Source: Octopus bimaculoides (Eukaryota). From it: a DNA stretch of 34,482 nt. Below the pieces are notes generated by a model, which was not told the DNA's origin, ran no database searches, and saw only the letters and a list, made by a program, of their open reading frames with translations. Below, in pieces: positions 19,100 through 27,689 of this stretch. The stretch is from assembly GCF_001194135.2 (NCBI RefSeq), contig NC_069004.1, positions 32,828,319 through 32,862,800 on the forward strand. The letters are read 5' to 3'. A program made the position numbers and the translations under genes. The number at the start of each line of letters is the position of its first letter. The first letter of the stretch is position 1.

Positions 19100-19605
19100 T
19101 CAGGGTTAACAAAAAACAGTACCAGTTGGACACTGGGGTTGATGTAATCAACTTAGACCCTCCCCCAAACCTGCTGGCTATGTGGCCAAAATTTTAAACC
19201 AGTATTTCTCTTCCTCCTCTCTTGAAATGGGTTTGAGGAAGAACACAAAAATTTGGAGTTAATATTTTGCTAAGCAAAAGGCAGAACCATTACCATGCCA
19301 GGCAAAATGCTTAGCAGCATCTTGTTTGTCTTTAGATGTTCTGAGTTCAAATTCTGCCAAGGGTGGCTTTGCCTTTCATCCTTTCGGGGGTCAATAAAAT
19401 AAGTACCAGTTGAATGCTAGGGGTCGATGTAATTGACTTACCCCCTCCTCTAAAATTGCTGGCCTTGTGCCAAAATTTGAAACCAATATTCACCAACTTG
19501 ATGGTGGTGAGCTGGCAGAATCATTAGAATGCCAGGCGAAATGCTAAGCAACATTTTGTCTGTCTTTACATTCTGGGTTCAAATTCTGCTGAGGTCAGCT
19601 CAACT
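19100..19605 (+). mobile_element. Three tandem SINE family B copies or fragments
   Basis: Repeated gagttcaaattctgc / gcctttcatcctttcgggg / aagtaccagttg blocks. Confidence 0.78.
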
Positions 19606-19631
19606 CCTCTCTCTCTTTTGTTCTATTTTAA

Positions 19632-19853
19632 CCCTTTTGATACCAACCCGGCTGAAACCAGTTCTGGCTCTGTAGAACAAATGTCTTGTTTTCAAAAGTT
19701 TTGAATTAAAATCTTCCACCAAACCTTAGTCACAATTTATGTTCCTAACACCAGCTTAATTATAACTAAGTTATTTTACTAAATTCTTTGTTATATTTAA
19801 AATTAATTGAAAGAAACACAGAATATCTCAAAATAAATACAGTAATGAAAAGG
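19632..19853 (-). mobile_element. piggyBac-like MITE family D, full length (reverse)
   Basis: TTAA at 19628-19631 and 19854-19857; reverse complement of 2060-2276. Confidence 0.88.
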
Positions 19854-19927
19854 TTAAAGGTATGTTGTTTGTTTTATATTTATTTTGCTTTTGTACATTT
19901 ATTTTTGTTTTGTGGTTGTTTTTTTAG

Positions 19928-19999
19928 GTAAAAAATGACAAAATTCTTCAATGGAATTTGGCAGTCCGGATATTTCAGATTTTAACGACACTCATTAAG
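19928..19999 (+). CDS. FANCD2: FANCD2 exon E22 (72 nt): VKNDKILQWNLAVRIFQILTTLIK
   Basis: T-tract + tag acceptor, AAG|gtaatt donor; matches human [21 protein letters not shown]. Confidence 0.96.
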
Positions 20000-20007
20000 G
20001 TAATTAA

Positions 20008-20135
20008 CCCTTTAGCATTTAAACTGGCCATATCTGGACCCAAATATTCTTCCCATTTTATGTTCAAACTGACCAGATCCAGCCTCTCACACCTACCCTA
20101 CAATGTCATTCTAAAAATAAACAATCACATCATCT
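20008..20135 (+). mobile_element. piggyBac-like MITE family E inserted at intron position +9 after E22
   Basis: TTAA 20004-20007 overlaps the donor GTAATT; ccctttagcatt terminus. Confidence 0.78.
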
Positions 20136-21012
20136 ATTGTTATATTTCAAGATGGTGGTTGTTTTTTTGTGGGGAGGGGGATTTTTTCCTTGCCAAATAT
20201 TTTTTTAATTTTTCACTCATTTATTATTGCATCCATTGTTTGGGAATCTTTAGTCACACACCTGTGACCTCTTCAGCGACTCTTCCATCCCACATGTCTC
20301 CTGTTCTCGAGAATGAACTAAAACAGAACAGGAAGTTNNNNNNNNNNNNNNNNNNNNNNNNNNNNNNNNNNNNNNNNNNNNNNNNNNNNNNNNNNNNNNN
20401 NNNNNNNNNNNNNNNNNNNNNNNNNNNNNNNNNNNNNNNNNNNNNNNNNNNNNNNNNNNNNNNNNNNNNNNNNNNNNNNNNNNNNNNNNNNNNNNNNNNN
20501 NNNNNNNNNNNNNNNNNNNNNNNNNNNNNNNNNNNNNNNNNNNNNNNNNNNNNNNNNNNNNNNNNNNNNNNNNNNNNNNNNNNNNNNNNNNNNNNNNNNN
20601 NNNNNNNNNNNNNNNNNNNNNNNNNNNNNNNNNNNNNNNNNNNNNNNNNNNNNNNNNNNNNNNNNNNNNNNNNNNNNNNNNNNNNNNNNNNNNNNNNNNN
20701 NNNNNNNNNNNNNNNNNNNNNNNNNNNNNNNNNNNNNNNNNNNNNNNNNNNNNNNNNNNNNNNNNNNNNNNNNNNNNNNNNNNNNNNNNNNNNNNNNNNN
20801 NNNNNNNNNNNNNNNNNNNNNNNNNNNNNNNNNNNNNNNNNNNNNNNNNNNNNNNNNNNNNNNNNNNNNNNNNNNNNNNNNNNNNNNNNNNNNNNNNNNN
20901 NNNNNNNNNNNNNNNNNNNNNNNNNNNNNNNNNNNNNNNNNNNNNNNNNNNNNNNNNNNNNNNNNNNNNNNNNNNNNNNNNNNNNNNNNNNNNNNNNNNN
21001 TTTCTGTTTCAG

Positions 21013-21051
21013 AAATTTGATGGCCTTCCAAATCTAGGGACTGCATTAAAG
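21013..21051 (+). CDS. FANCD2: FANCD2 exon E23 copy a (39 nt): KFDGLPNLGTALK
   Basis: tttctgtttcag acceptor, AAG|gtaggg donor; same length and pattern as human VFDSHPVLHVCLK; phase 0/0 fits E22 and E24. Confidence 0.88.
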
Positions 21052-21120
21052 GTAGGGACCAAATTATACAAATTTTCTAGACTTCAGTCGAGAGGTCCTT
21101 ATTTTTATTTTCTGTTTCAG

Positions 21121-21159
21121 AAATTTGATGGTTTTTCAAATCTAGGGACTGCATTAAAA
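21121..21159 (+). other. FANCD2: Tandem duplicate of E23 (copy b, 39 nt): KFDGFSNLGTALK; alternative or pseudo-exon
   Basis: Same tctgtttcag acceptor; 35/39 nt identical to copy a; donor degraded to AAA|gcagag. Confidence 0.75.
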
Positions 21160-21208
21160 GCAGAGGCCAAATTATACAGACCTCAGTTGAGAAGTCCTTA
21201 TTTTGCAG

Positions 21209-21450
21209 GCTCACAGGTGCTGGTGCCAAGTAAAAAAAAAAAAAAAAAAAAAAACCCTGCGCTGGCACCATGTATAATGCACTGGTGCTACGTAAAAAGC
21301 ACCCAATGCAATCTATGAAGTGGTTGGTGTTGGGAAGGGCATCCAGCTGTAAGAACCCTGCCAAAACAGTTGCAGCAGTCTGATGCAGGTTCCGGTCAAA
21401 CTGTCCCACCCATGCCAGCATGGAAGGCAGACATTAAACAATGATGATGG
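21209..21450 (+). mobile_element. Family C element with internal poly(A)
   Basis: tacgtaaaaagcaccc..ggttggtgttgggaagggcatccagctg..catgccagcatgga..(gat)n. Confidence 0.78.
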
Positions 21451-21712
21451 TTATTATGGTGGCAAGCTGGCTAAATCATAAGCATGCCTGGCATTCTGAG
21501 TTCAAATTCTGCTGGGGGTTGACTGCTTTTCATCCTTTCAGGGTCGATGGTGGTGGTGGTGATAGTGACAATATTTTTTTGACAGTTCCAGTTACTCAAA
21601 CAACTGGAATGGCCATTATTGAAATCAAAGAAACTTTCTGCTGCTTATTTTTACTGTCTTTACGTATGCTTTATATTCATTTGTTTTAGATATATATTTC
21701 TCTCTTTTCTAG

Positions 21713-21862
21713 AGTGGTCGTTTGTTTGTGGATGCCTTCACCCTGCAAGCGATGCCCCTCCTTGACATTATGTATCGCAGCCAGCATGAAAACATCCATG
21801 GATTACTGAAGAGCATGCAATTAAGTACACGCTCGTTACATCACATCTGTAATCACTCCAAG
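21713..21862 (+). CDS. FANCD2: FANCD2 exon E24 (150 nt): SGRLFVDAFTLQAMPLLDIMYRSQHENIHGLLKSMQLSTRSLHHICNHSK
   Basis: ttctag acceptor, AAG|gtaact donor; matches human YGRLFVEAF..MPLLD..HHLCGHSK. Confidence 0.97.
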
Positions 21863-22127
21863 GTAACTATAACTTTCTCAATTTTATTTCTATCAAATAA
21901 CTTTTTTACCTTCATTGTTTTTCTTTCATTGTTTTTTCCTTCATTTTCATTAGTTTTTTTTATTTTTCCTTCTTTTTCTTCATTTTTTTTTTTATTTTTC
22001 CTTCATTTTTCCCTTCATTGTTTTTCCTTCATTTTCTCCTTCATTTTTTCTTTTATTTCTCCTTCAGTTTTTCTTTTTCCTTCATTGTTTTTGCTTCATT
22101 TTCTCCTTCAGTTTTTCCCTTTAACTT

Positions 22128-22410
22128 GTTTTAGTCATTTGACTGTGGCCATGCTGGGGCACCGTCTAGAAGAATTTTTACGTGCCACCGGCATAGGTGC
22201 CTGTTATGTGTCAGTCAGTGTGTGTCTATGTCTGTGTTTGTCACTGTTTGACAACCGGTGCTGGTGTGTTTACATCCCTGTAATGTAGATAGAATAAGTA
22301 CCAGGTTTAAAAAAACAAATGTGTTCTACTGTCAATTCATTTGACTAAAAAATCCTTCAAGGCCATGCCCCAGCATGGCCACTATCTAATGACTGAAATA
22401 AGTAAAAGAT
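22128..22410. mobile_element. Reverse family A tail (22128-22180) and forward family A 3' half (22225-22410)
   Basis: gccatgctggggcacc and its reverse complement gccccagcatggcc. Confidence 0.7.
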
Positions 22411-22676
22411 AAGACATATACATACGCAAAGAGCTTCCTGCACATTTCATCTTCCGAATTCCCTCGTTTGTTGTTGGTTTGCCCAAGGTACTCCACAACA
22501 CCTGCACTGTGTGTGTCTGTCTGTTTCTGTGGTGTGCCAATGCTTGACGTCCAGTGCGAGGAAAGAAGTAAAGGCATCCAACTGTCAAAAAATAGGAAAA
22601 AAATACACCAAAACTACTGTGTAACCCATGCCAGCATGGAAAAATGGACATAAAGAGGCGAAAATGAACATATGCA

Positions 22677-22920
22677 CAGGTGTGGCTGTGTGGTAAGAAG
22701 TTTGCTTCCCAACCACATAGCTCTGGGTTCAGTCCCACTGTGTGGAACCTTAGGCAAGTGTCTTTTACTATAGCCGCAGGTCAACCAAAGCCTTGTAAAT
22801 GGATTTGGTTGGCAGAAACTGAAAGAAGCCTATTTTATATATATAAACATGTATATATGTGTGTTTGTCTCCCACCACTACTTGGAAACTGGTATTTGTT
22901 TGTTTACATCCCCCATAACT
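22677..22920 (+). mobile_element. SINE family A, 3' truncated
   Basis: Intact head tgtggctgtgtggtaagaag..gggttcagtcccactg. Confidence 0.85.
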
Positions 22921-22941
22921 ACTACTACTATTATTTTACAG

Positions 22942-23088
22942 ATTGTGAAGAGTGTGTTCCTAACAAACCAAATTCCATGCGTTAAGAGAAGTCTTGAACA
23001 GTTGATGTGCCGTGTGAAGGTGATGTTGTCCATGAACAAATGTGAAGAAGGTTATATGATTGGAGTCCTCAAAAACAGAAATTTAATG
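22942..23088 (+). CDS. FANCD2: FANCD2 exon E25 (147 nt): IVKSVFLTNQIPCVKRSLEQLMCRVKVMLSMNKCEEGYMIGVLKNRNLM
   Basis: ttttacag acceptor, ATG|gtttgt donor; matches human KKTLELLVCRVKAML..LKNRDLQ. Confidence 0.96.
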
Positions 23089-23106
23089 GTTTGTTCATAA
23101 TATTTA

Positions 23107-23265
23107 CCACATTTTAACCTGCATAAGGAACCCCCTAATTTTGTGAACTTAAAATTTGGAAAAAAGGTTTAAGGGATTATAATACTATCCACATATAAGA
23201 AACTCCCATATATTTTTAACCTAATTTTTGACAAATATGGGTTCCTTGTACATGTTAAAATACAA
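23107..23265. mobile_element. Small TA-flanked MITE (Tc1/pogo-like), 19 nt after the E25 donor
   Basis: ttttaacctgcataaggaaccc (23112-23133) vs gggttccttgtacatgttaaaa (23239-23260) match at 19/22; TA at 23105 and 23266. Confidence 0.5.
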
Positions 23266-23387
23266 TATCTCTCTCTGTCAGTCTCCATTCTTCTCTGTCA
23301 CTCACGATCTCTTTCTCTATCTTCTCTTTGTCTACCGCCATCATTCTCCCTCCCTCTGTTTTATTTTTCTTTCTCTGTGTATCTACT

Positions 23388-23530
23388 ATGGAGGCACATA
23401 GCTTTGTGGTTAAGGTGTTGGACTCCTGATTGTGAGATTGTGGTTTCGATTCCTGCACCAGGTAACTTGTTGTGTTCTTAAGCAAAACACTTCATTTCAC
23501 GTTGCTCCAGTCCAGTCACCTGGAAAAATG
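23388..23530 (+). mobile_element. tRNA-headed SINE family F
   Basis: gtggttaaggtgttggact A-box region, ggtttcgattcc B-box, gtgttcttaagcaaaacacttc core. Confidence 0.78.
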
Positions 23531-23793
23531 AAGCAATCCTGAGACAGACCAACATTGGATTCCCATCCAGATGGGGAAAACATGCACCACAGAAGCCACA
23601 AAACCAGCCCCCTAATTCTACATGACTGGGGAAGTAACTTTTTATGAATCTACCTCTTCTGTCCCCATTCCAATTTATACCTGTCTCTCTTTTGTTCTCT
23701 CTTAAGTCCCACCTGTCTTTTGATTTTCTCCTCATCCTTCTCCTTTCCCTTTCTTTCTCTTGTCATCACATTTTTAGTCTTAGATCACTTTAA

Positions 23794-24016
23794 CCCTTCT
23801 GTTACCATATTCTCATTGAAATGCAGTACCCTTTGTTTGAATTAATTAAAAAAATAATGAACAATTTAGCAACATAGTTACACCGTTAAGCTGGTCTTTA
23901 CAACAAAAATCAAAACGAAATTTTGATAGCAGAAGGTTTCAATTTAGATCATCTTAAAAGAGTATCTACCTTAGAACCAGAAACAGTCTCAGGTGAGACT
24001 ATATTAATAGAAAAGG
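23794..24016 (+). mobile_element. piggyBac-like MITE related to family D (diverged)
   Basis: TTAA+cccttctgttacca start; aaaagg+TTAA end; 223 bp like the family D copies. Confidence 0.55.
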
Positions 24017-24345
24017 TTAATAGCCATCATTTATCCTCCTTGCCATTACCTGTTCTTAGCATTACAATCAATCTCTCTTATATACATCAGCTGATACCTT
24101 TTAATATATAACTTCCCTTAAATCACACACAATATCATTTTAGCCACTTGTCATTCGTAGCAATCCCCTAGTCACATGACAGCAATGTCTAATAGAGTAA
24201 GAGGTGGAACTATTAGGAAGAAACCTACTGTTCTAGTTTCAATTCTCGACAATGGTAGCCTATATGAAGTACCTTTCAGGAAAGGTTCCATTCTTGGTTT
24301 CTTATTTATCAACAAAGACTTCTGTTCCTTTTTGGCTTTCCTCAG

Positions 24346-24447
24346 GGTGATGAGATTCCCTCACAGGCAGTTGACGAGTCTAAGGAAGCTGAAGAAGTTA
24401 CAAAGGAAGATTCTCCAGAAGAGGAAGAGGAATCAGATGAAGACAAA
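24346..24447 (+). CDS. FANCD2: FANCD2 exon E26 (102 nt; may end at 24459): GDEIPSQAVDESKEAEEVTKEDSPEEEEESDEDK
   Basis: cctcag acceptor; matches human GEEIKSQ; two in-frame donors, AAA|gtcagt (24448) and GTG|gttagt (24460). Confidence 0.88.
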
Positions 24448-24623
24448 GTCAGTGATGTGGTTAGTGGACCTTTTTTTTTCTTTCTTTTCCTTCATATTCA
24501 GGTACAACACCAACTTTCTGGACACTGTTGGGCCCCAAAACCTCTCATGAGCCACACTTATTTACTCCAATGTACAGGTACCTGTATTTCATTTGATTAT
24601 TTTAGTAAATTTGTTTGATTCAA

Positions 24624-24920
24624 CCCTTTAGCATTTAATCCAACCATATCTGGAACTGACCAGATACAGCCTCTCACACCTACCCTTCAATGTCATTGAA
24701 ATCTTAAAGCTACAAAATAATGCATGATTAACTGGTGGCATGTAAAAAGCACCCACTACATTCTCAAAGTGGTTGGTGTTAGGAAGTGTATCCAGCTGTA
24801 GAAAAACTTCACCAGGTCAGATTGGAGCATGGTGCAGCCTTCTGGCTCGCCAGTCCTCAGTCAAACCGTCCAACCCTCGCCAGCATGGAAAGCGGACATT
24901 AAACGACGACAAGGACGATG
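24624..24920 (+). mobile_element. Family E MITE fragment (24624-24730) followed by a family C element (24731-24920)
   Basis: ccctttagcattt..cagcctctcacacctacc; family C tail. Confidence 0.72.
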
Positions 24921-25117
24921 ATATATATGTTGTATGGGGAACCTGTACACCCCCGTGACTGGCTAGGTGCAGTCGTAGAGTACAGGTCATAGGAATTATT
25001 GAATAGAGATATCGTGGAGTGTCTGTTGAAGATTCCAGTTCAGAGAGTAATAAGAGAACATCAGGAATGTTTGATATTATAACAGTGATGACAAGTCGTC
25101 GTATGACATTCATATAT

Positions 25118-25165
25118 ATAGCCTTGTGAGTGGATTTGGTAGGCGGAAACTGGAAGAAGCCCATC

Positions 25166-25199
<34 letters not shown>

Positions 25200-25404
25200 G
25201 ATGGGCTGTGTGTGTATGTTTGTCCCCCAACTATCGCTTGACAACTGATGCTGGTGTGTTTATATCCCAGTAACTTAGTGTTTCGGTGAAAGGGACCGAT
25301 AGAATAAGTACTAGGCTTACAAAGAATAAGTCCTAGAGTCGAATGCCTCAACTAAAAGGCGGTGCTCCAGCATGGCCGCAGTCAAATGACTGAAGCAAGT
25401 AAAA

Positions 25405-25408
<4 letters not shown>
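25118..25408 (+). mobile_element. SINE family A, 5' truncated, little diverged
   Basis: gccttgtgagtggatttggtaggcggaaactggaagaagccc..ggccgcagtcaaatgactgaagcaagtaaaaga; retains many CpGs. Confidence 0.87.
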
Positions 25409-25454
<46 letters not shown>

Positions 25455-25618
25455 TGGTATGTTAAGAAGTAGTGCATATAGTACCAGTCATATATACCAA
25501 ACTACTCCAAATTGTTGTTAGAGAATCTACTCAAGTGGAGTGTGGAGTGGCACTGAGTCATATCTGAGTTGTAATAATGAAGTCAAGTCAAAAAAAGTGA
25601 TTGATATTTAGTCCGAAG

Positions 25619-25674
25619 CACTTAGACACCACATCTTCATAGATATGTGGCTGTGAAGGTGTGGTGTCAAAGTG
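25619..25674 (+). other. 56-nt hairpin (~24 bp stem, 8-nt loop) in the last FANCD2 intron; pre-miRNA-like
   Basis: cactt-a-gacaccacatcttcatag / ctgtgaaggtgtggtgtc-a-aagtg pair with one mismatch and two G:U. Confidence 0.55.
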
Positions 25675-25950
25675 GTTATTAGAGCTATATGCGTATAGAC
25701 ATATACACTTAAGTTTATATATATATATATATGATGATGATATATATATATATATATACACACACATACCCACATATAGATACACACACATATATATACA
25801 TTTATCTATATATATATGTATATATACATATATACACACACACACTTAAATTTATATGTATATAGATGTGTGTAAACAGATATCTTTTCCTGTCCTGGTT
25901 TTGAATTAAAAAATACTGTTGCACCTAATTCTGATTCAATATGTTACATG

Positions 25951-25990
<40 letters not shown>

Positions 25991-26839
25991 NNNNNNNNNN
26001 NNNNNNNNNNNNNNNNNNNNNNNNNNNNNNNNNNNNNNNNNNNNNNNNNNNNNNNNNNNNNNNNNNNNNNNNNNNNNNNNNNNNNNNNNNNNNNNNNNNN
26101 NNNNNNNNNNNNNNNNNNNNNNNNNNNNNNNNNNNNNNNNNNNNNNNNNNNNNNNNNNNNNNNNNNNNNNNNNNNNNNNNNNNNNNNNNNNNNNNNNNNN
26201 NNNNNNNNNNNNNNNNNNNNNNNNNNNNNNNNNNNNNNNNNNNNNNNNNNNNNNNNNNNNNNNNNNNNNNNNNNNNNNNNNNNNNNNNNNNNNNNNNNNN
26301 NNNNNNNNNNNNNNNNNNNNNNNNNNNNNNNNNNNNNNNNNNNNNNNNNNNNNNNNNNNNNNNNNNNNNNNNNNNNNNNNTGTGTGTGGTTCCTTTATTT
26401 ATTGTAACGTTTTTTTGAGGTGAGAGAGACAGATAGCCCACAAAATAACACAGACAGCCCCTCATTGCATGTGATATTTAAACCTCGTCCTGACATAAAG
26501 CATCATTTCAGGTTTAGATCAGGGTTTCTCAGAAGCCCATCATGTGTGAGTGTAGATATCATGTGATAGTTTATAAACAAGCATCATTATCATTTAAGCA
26601 GTGTCGTTTAGTTCCTGTCTTCTATAAAAAAAACATGTCTGATCTTGGGCAAAAACAACCTTGATTGGAAATCTGTGAGGGTTAGCAACAGGAAGGGCAT
26701 CCAATCAGAAAATTTGTCTCATCAAATGCTGTCTGACGCATGGAAAAGTGTACATTAAATGTTGATGATGATGATGTAGCTGTGTCGTAACTTTTAACTA
26801 GTGTTTTATTTTCATTGTTTTTCTTTTTTTCTCCATTAG

Positions 26840-26953
26840 GAAATTGAAGAAGAGGAAGAAGTAAAAGAAGATGATGACAAGGACAGTGATAACAACAAGG
26901 AAAATGATGGCGATGACAATGAAGGGGAACAAATGTACAGTGAGATCTATTAG
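26840..26953 (+). CDS. FANCD2: FANCD2 last coding exon E27: EIEEEEEVKEDDDKDSDNNKENDGDDNEGEQMYSEIY*
   Basis: Strong pyrimidine tract + cattag acceptor; acidic tail as in vertebrate FANCD2; TAG 26951-26953. Confidence 0.88.
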   Translation, partial: EIEEEEEVKEDDDKDSDNNKENDGDDNEGEQMYSEIY

Positions 26954-27004
26954 AACTTCCAGTAAGATGTGATGTCTCGTCACCAGAGGGAACAGTGATA
27001 AATA

Positions 27005-27235
27005 CAGGGTGTTCAAAAAGTTTCTCCGCAGTATTTTATTGCAAAATAAATATTTATAAGATGGTATAAGGCTACAAAACAATATATTAGACTTTACAAG
27101 ACTTTAAAAAACTTTATAAGAGGTGCTGAAAGTGTTGTCCTTCATTTTCAATACATAAAATTTATTTTCTTTTTTACTGAAGTGTGAACACTTTTTAGGC
27201 CGAATTCACTGCGGAGAGATTTTTTGAACACTCTG
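27005..27235. mobile_element. Tc1/mariner-type MITE (231 bp) in the FANCD2 3' UTR
   Basis: 28-bp TIRs 27005-27032 and 27208-27235 (25/28) starting CAGGGTG; TA duplication at 27003-27004 and 27236-27237. Confidence 0.9.
27045..27050 (+). terminator. Candidate proximal polyadenylation signal AATAAA (inside a MITE)
   Basis: First AATAAA after the stop codon, 92 nt downstream; usage untested. Confidence 0.45.
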
Positions 27236-27689
27236 TATATTGTTGTGGAGTCAAGGTCCTCAAATAGACATCGGGAGGGATTACATCAGATTGAGGGATC
27301 TCAATCTGAATGCCAGGGCATGTAAGTTACACTCCACTGGGAGAGGGCACATTTCTTAAAAGTGGACTTCACCTCCTTTGTTATCCTTGTGGGAAGAGTA
27401 TTACTTCAAGTGATTATATATATAAGGGTGTGTGTATGTGTGGGAGCAAGGGAATATATGTCTGTTTGTGAGTGTATATACATACATGTGTATATGTGTC
27501 TATGCATGTGTGTATGTATGTATATATATATATNNNNNNNNNNNNNNNNNNNNNNNNNNNNNNNNNNNNNNNNNNNNNNNNNNNNNNNNNNNNNNNNNNN
27601 NNNNNNNNNNNNNNNNNNNNNNNNNNNNNNNNNTGATGCACCACCGTGTTGCTACACTGTTATTACAGGGAGCCTCTTACAAACCCATA

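Larger units (their letters stand above)
21001..21208 (+). repeat. ~108 bp tandem duplication containing exon E23 and its splice sites
   Basis: Units start at ~21001 and ~21109; a third partial unit start (gtccttatttt..cag) at ~21194-21208. Confidence 0.9.
402..26953 (+). other. FANCD2: FANCD2 gene body, 3' portion (27 coding exons E1-E27 in window numbering; 5' exons upstream of window)
   Basis: Hand-spliced exons give a phase-consistent ORF of about 920 codons, colinear with recalled human FANCD2 residues ~516-1451 (e.g. GLLDYFD..QIRKL, LNWFRE, GRLFVDAF, LKNRNL). Confidence 0.97.

Noticed and set aside
19928-19933. E22 begins with GTAAAA (recursive-exon possibility)
   Set aside because: Weak donor, and the GTA codon is explained by the protein (Val).
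20338-21000. Idea that the 39-nt exon is lost in the N gap
   Set aside because: It was found just after the gap at 21013-21051, with a duplicate.
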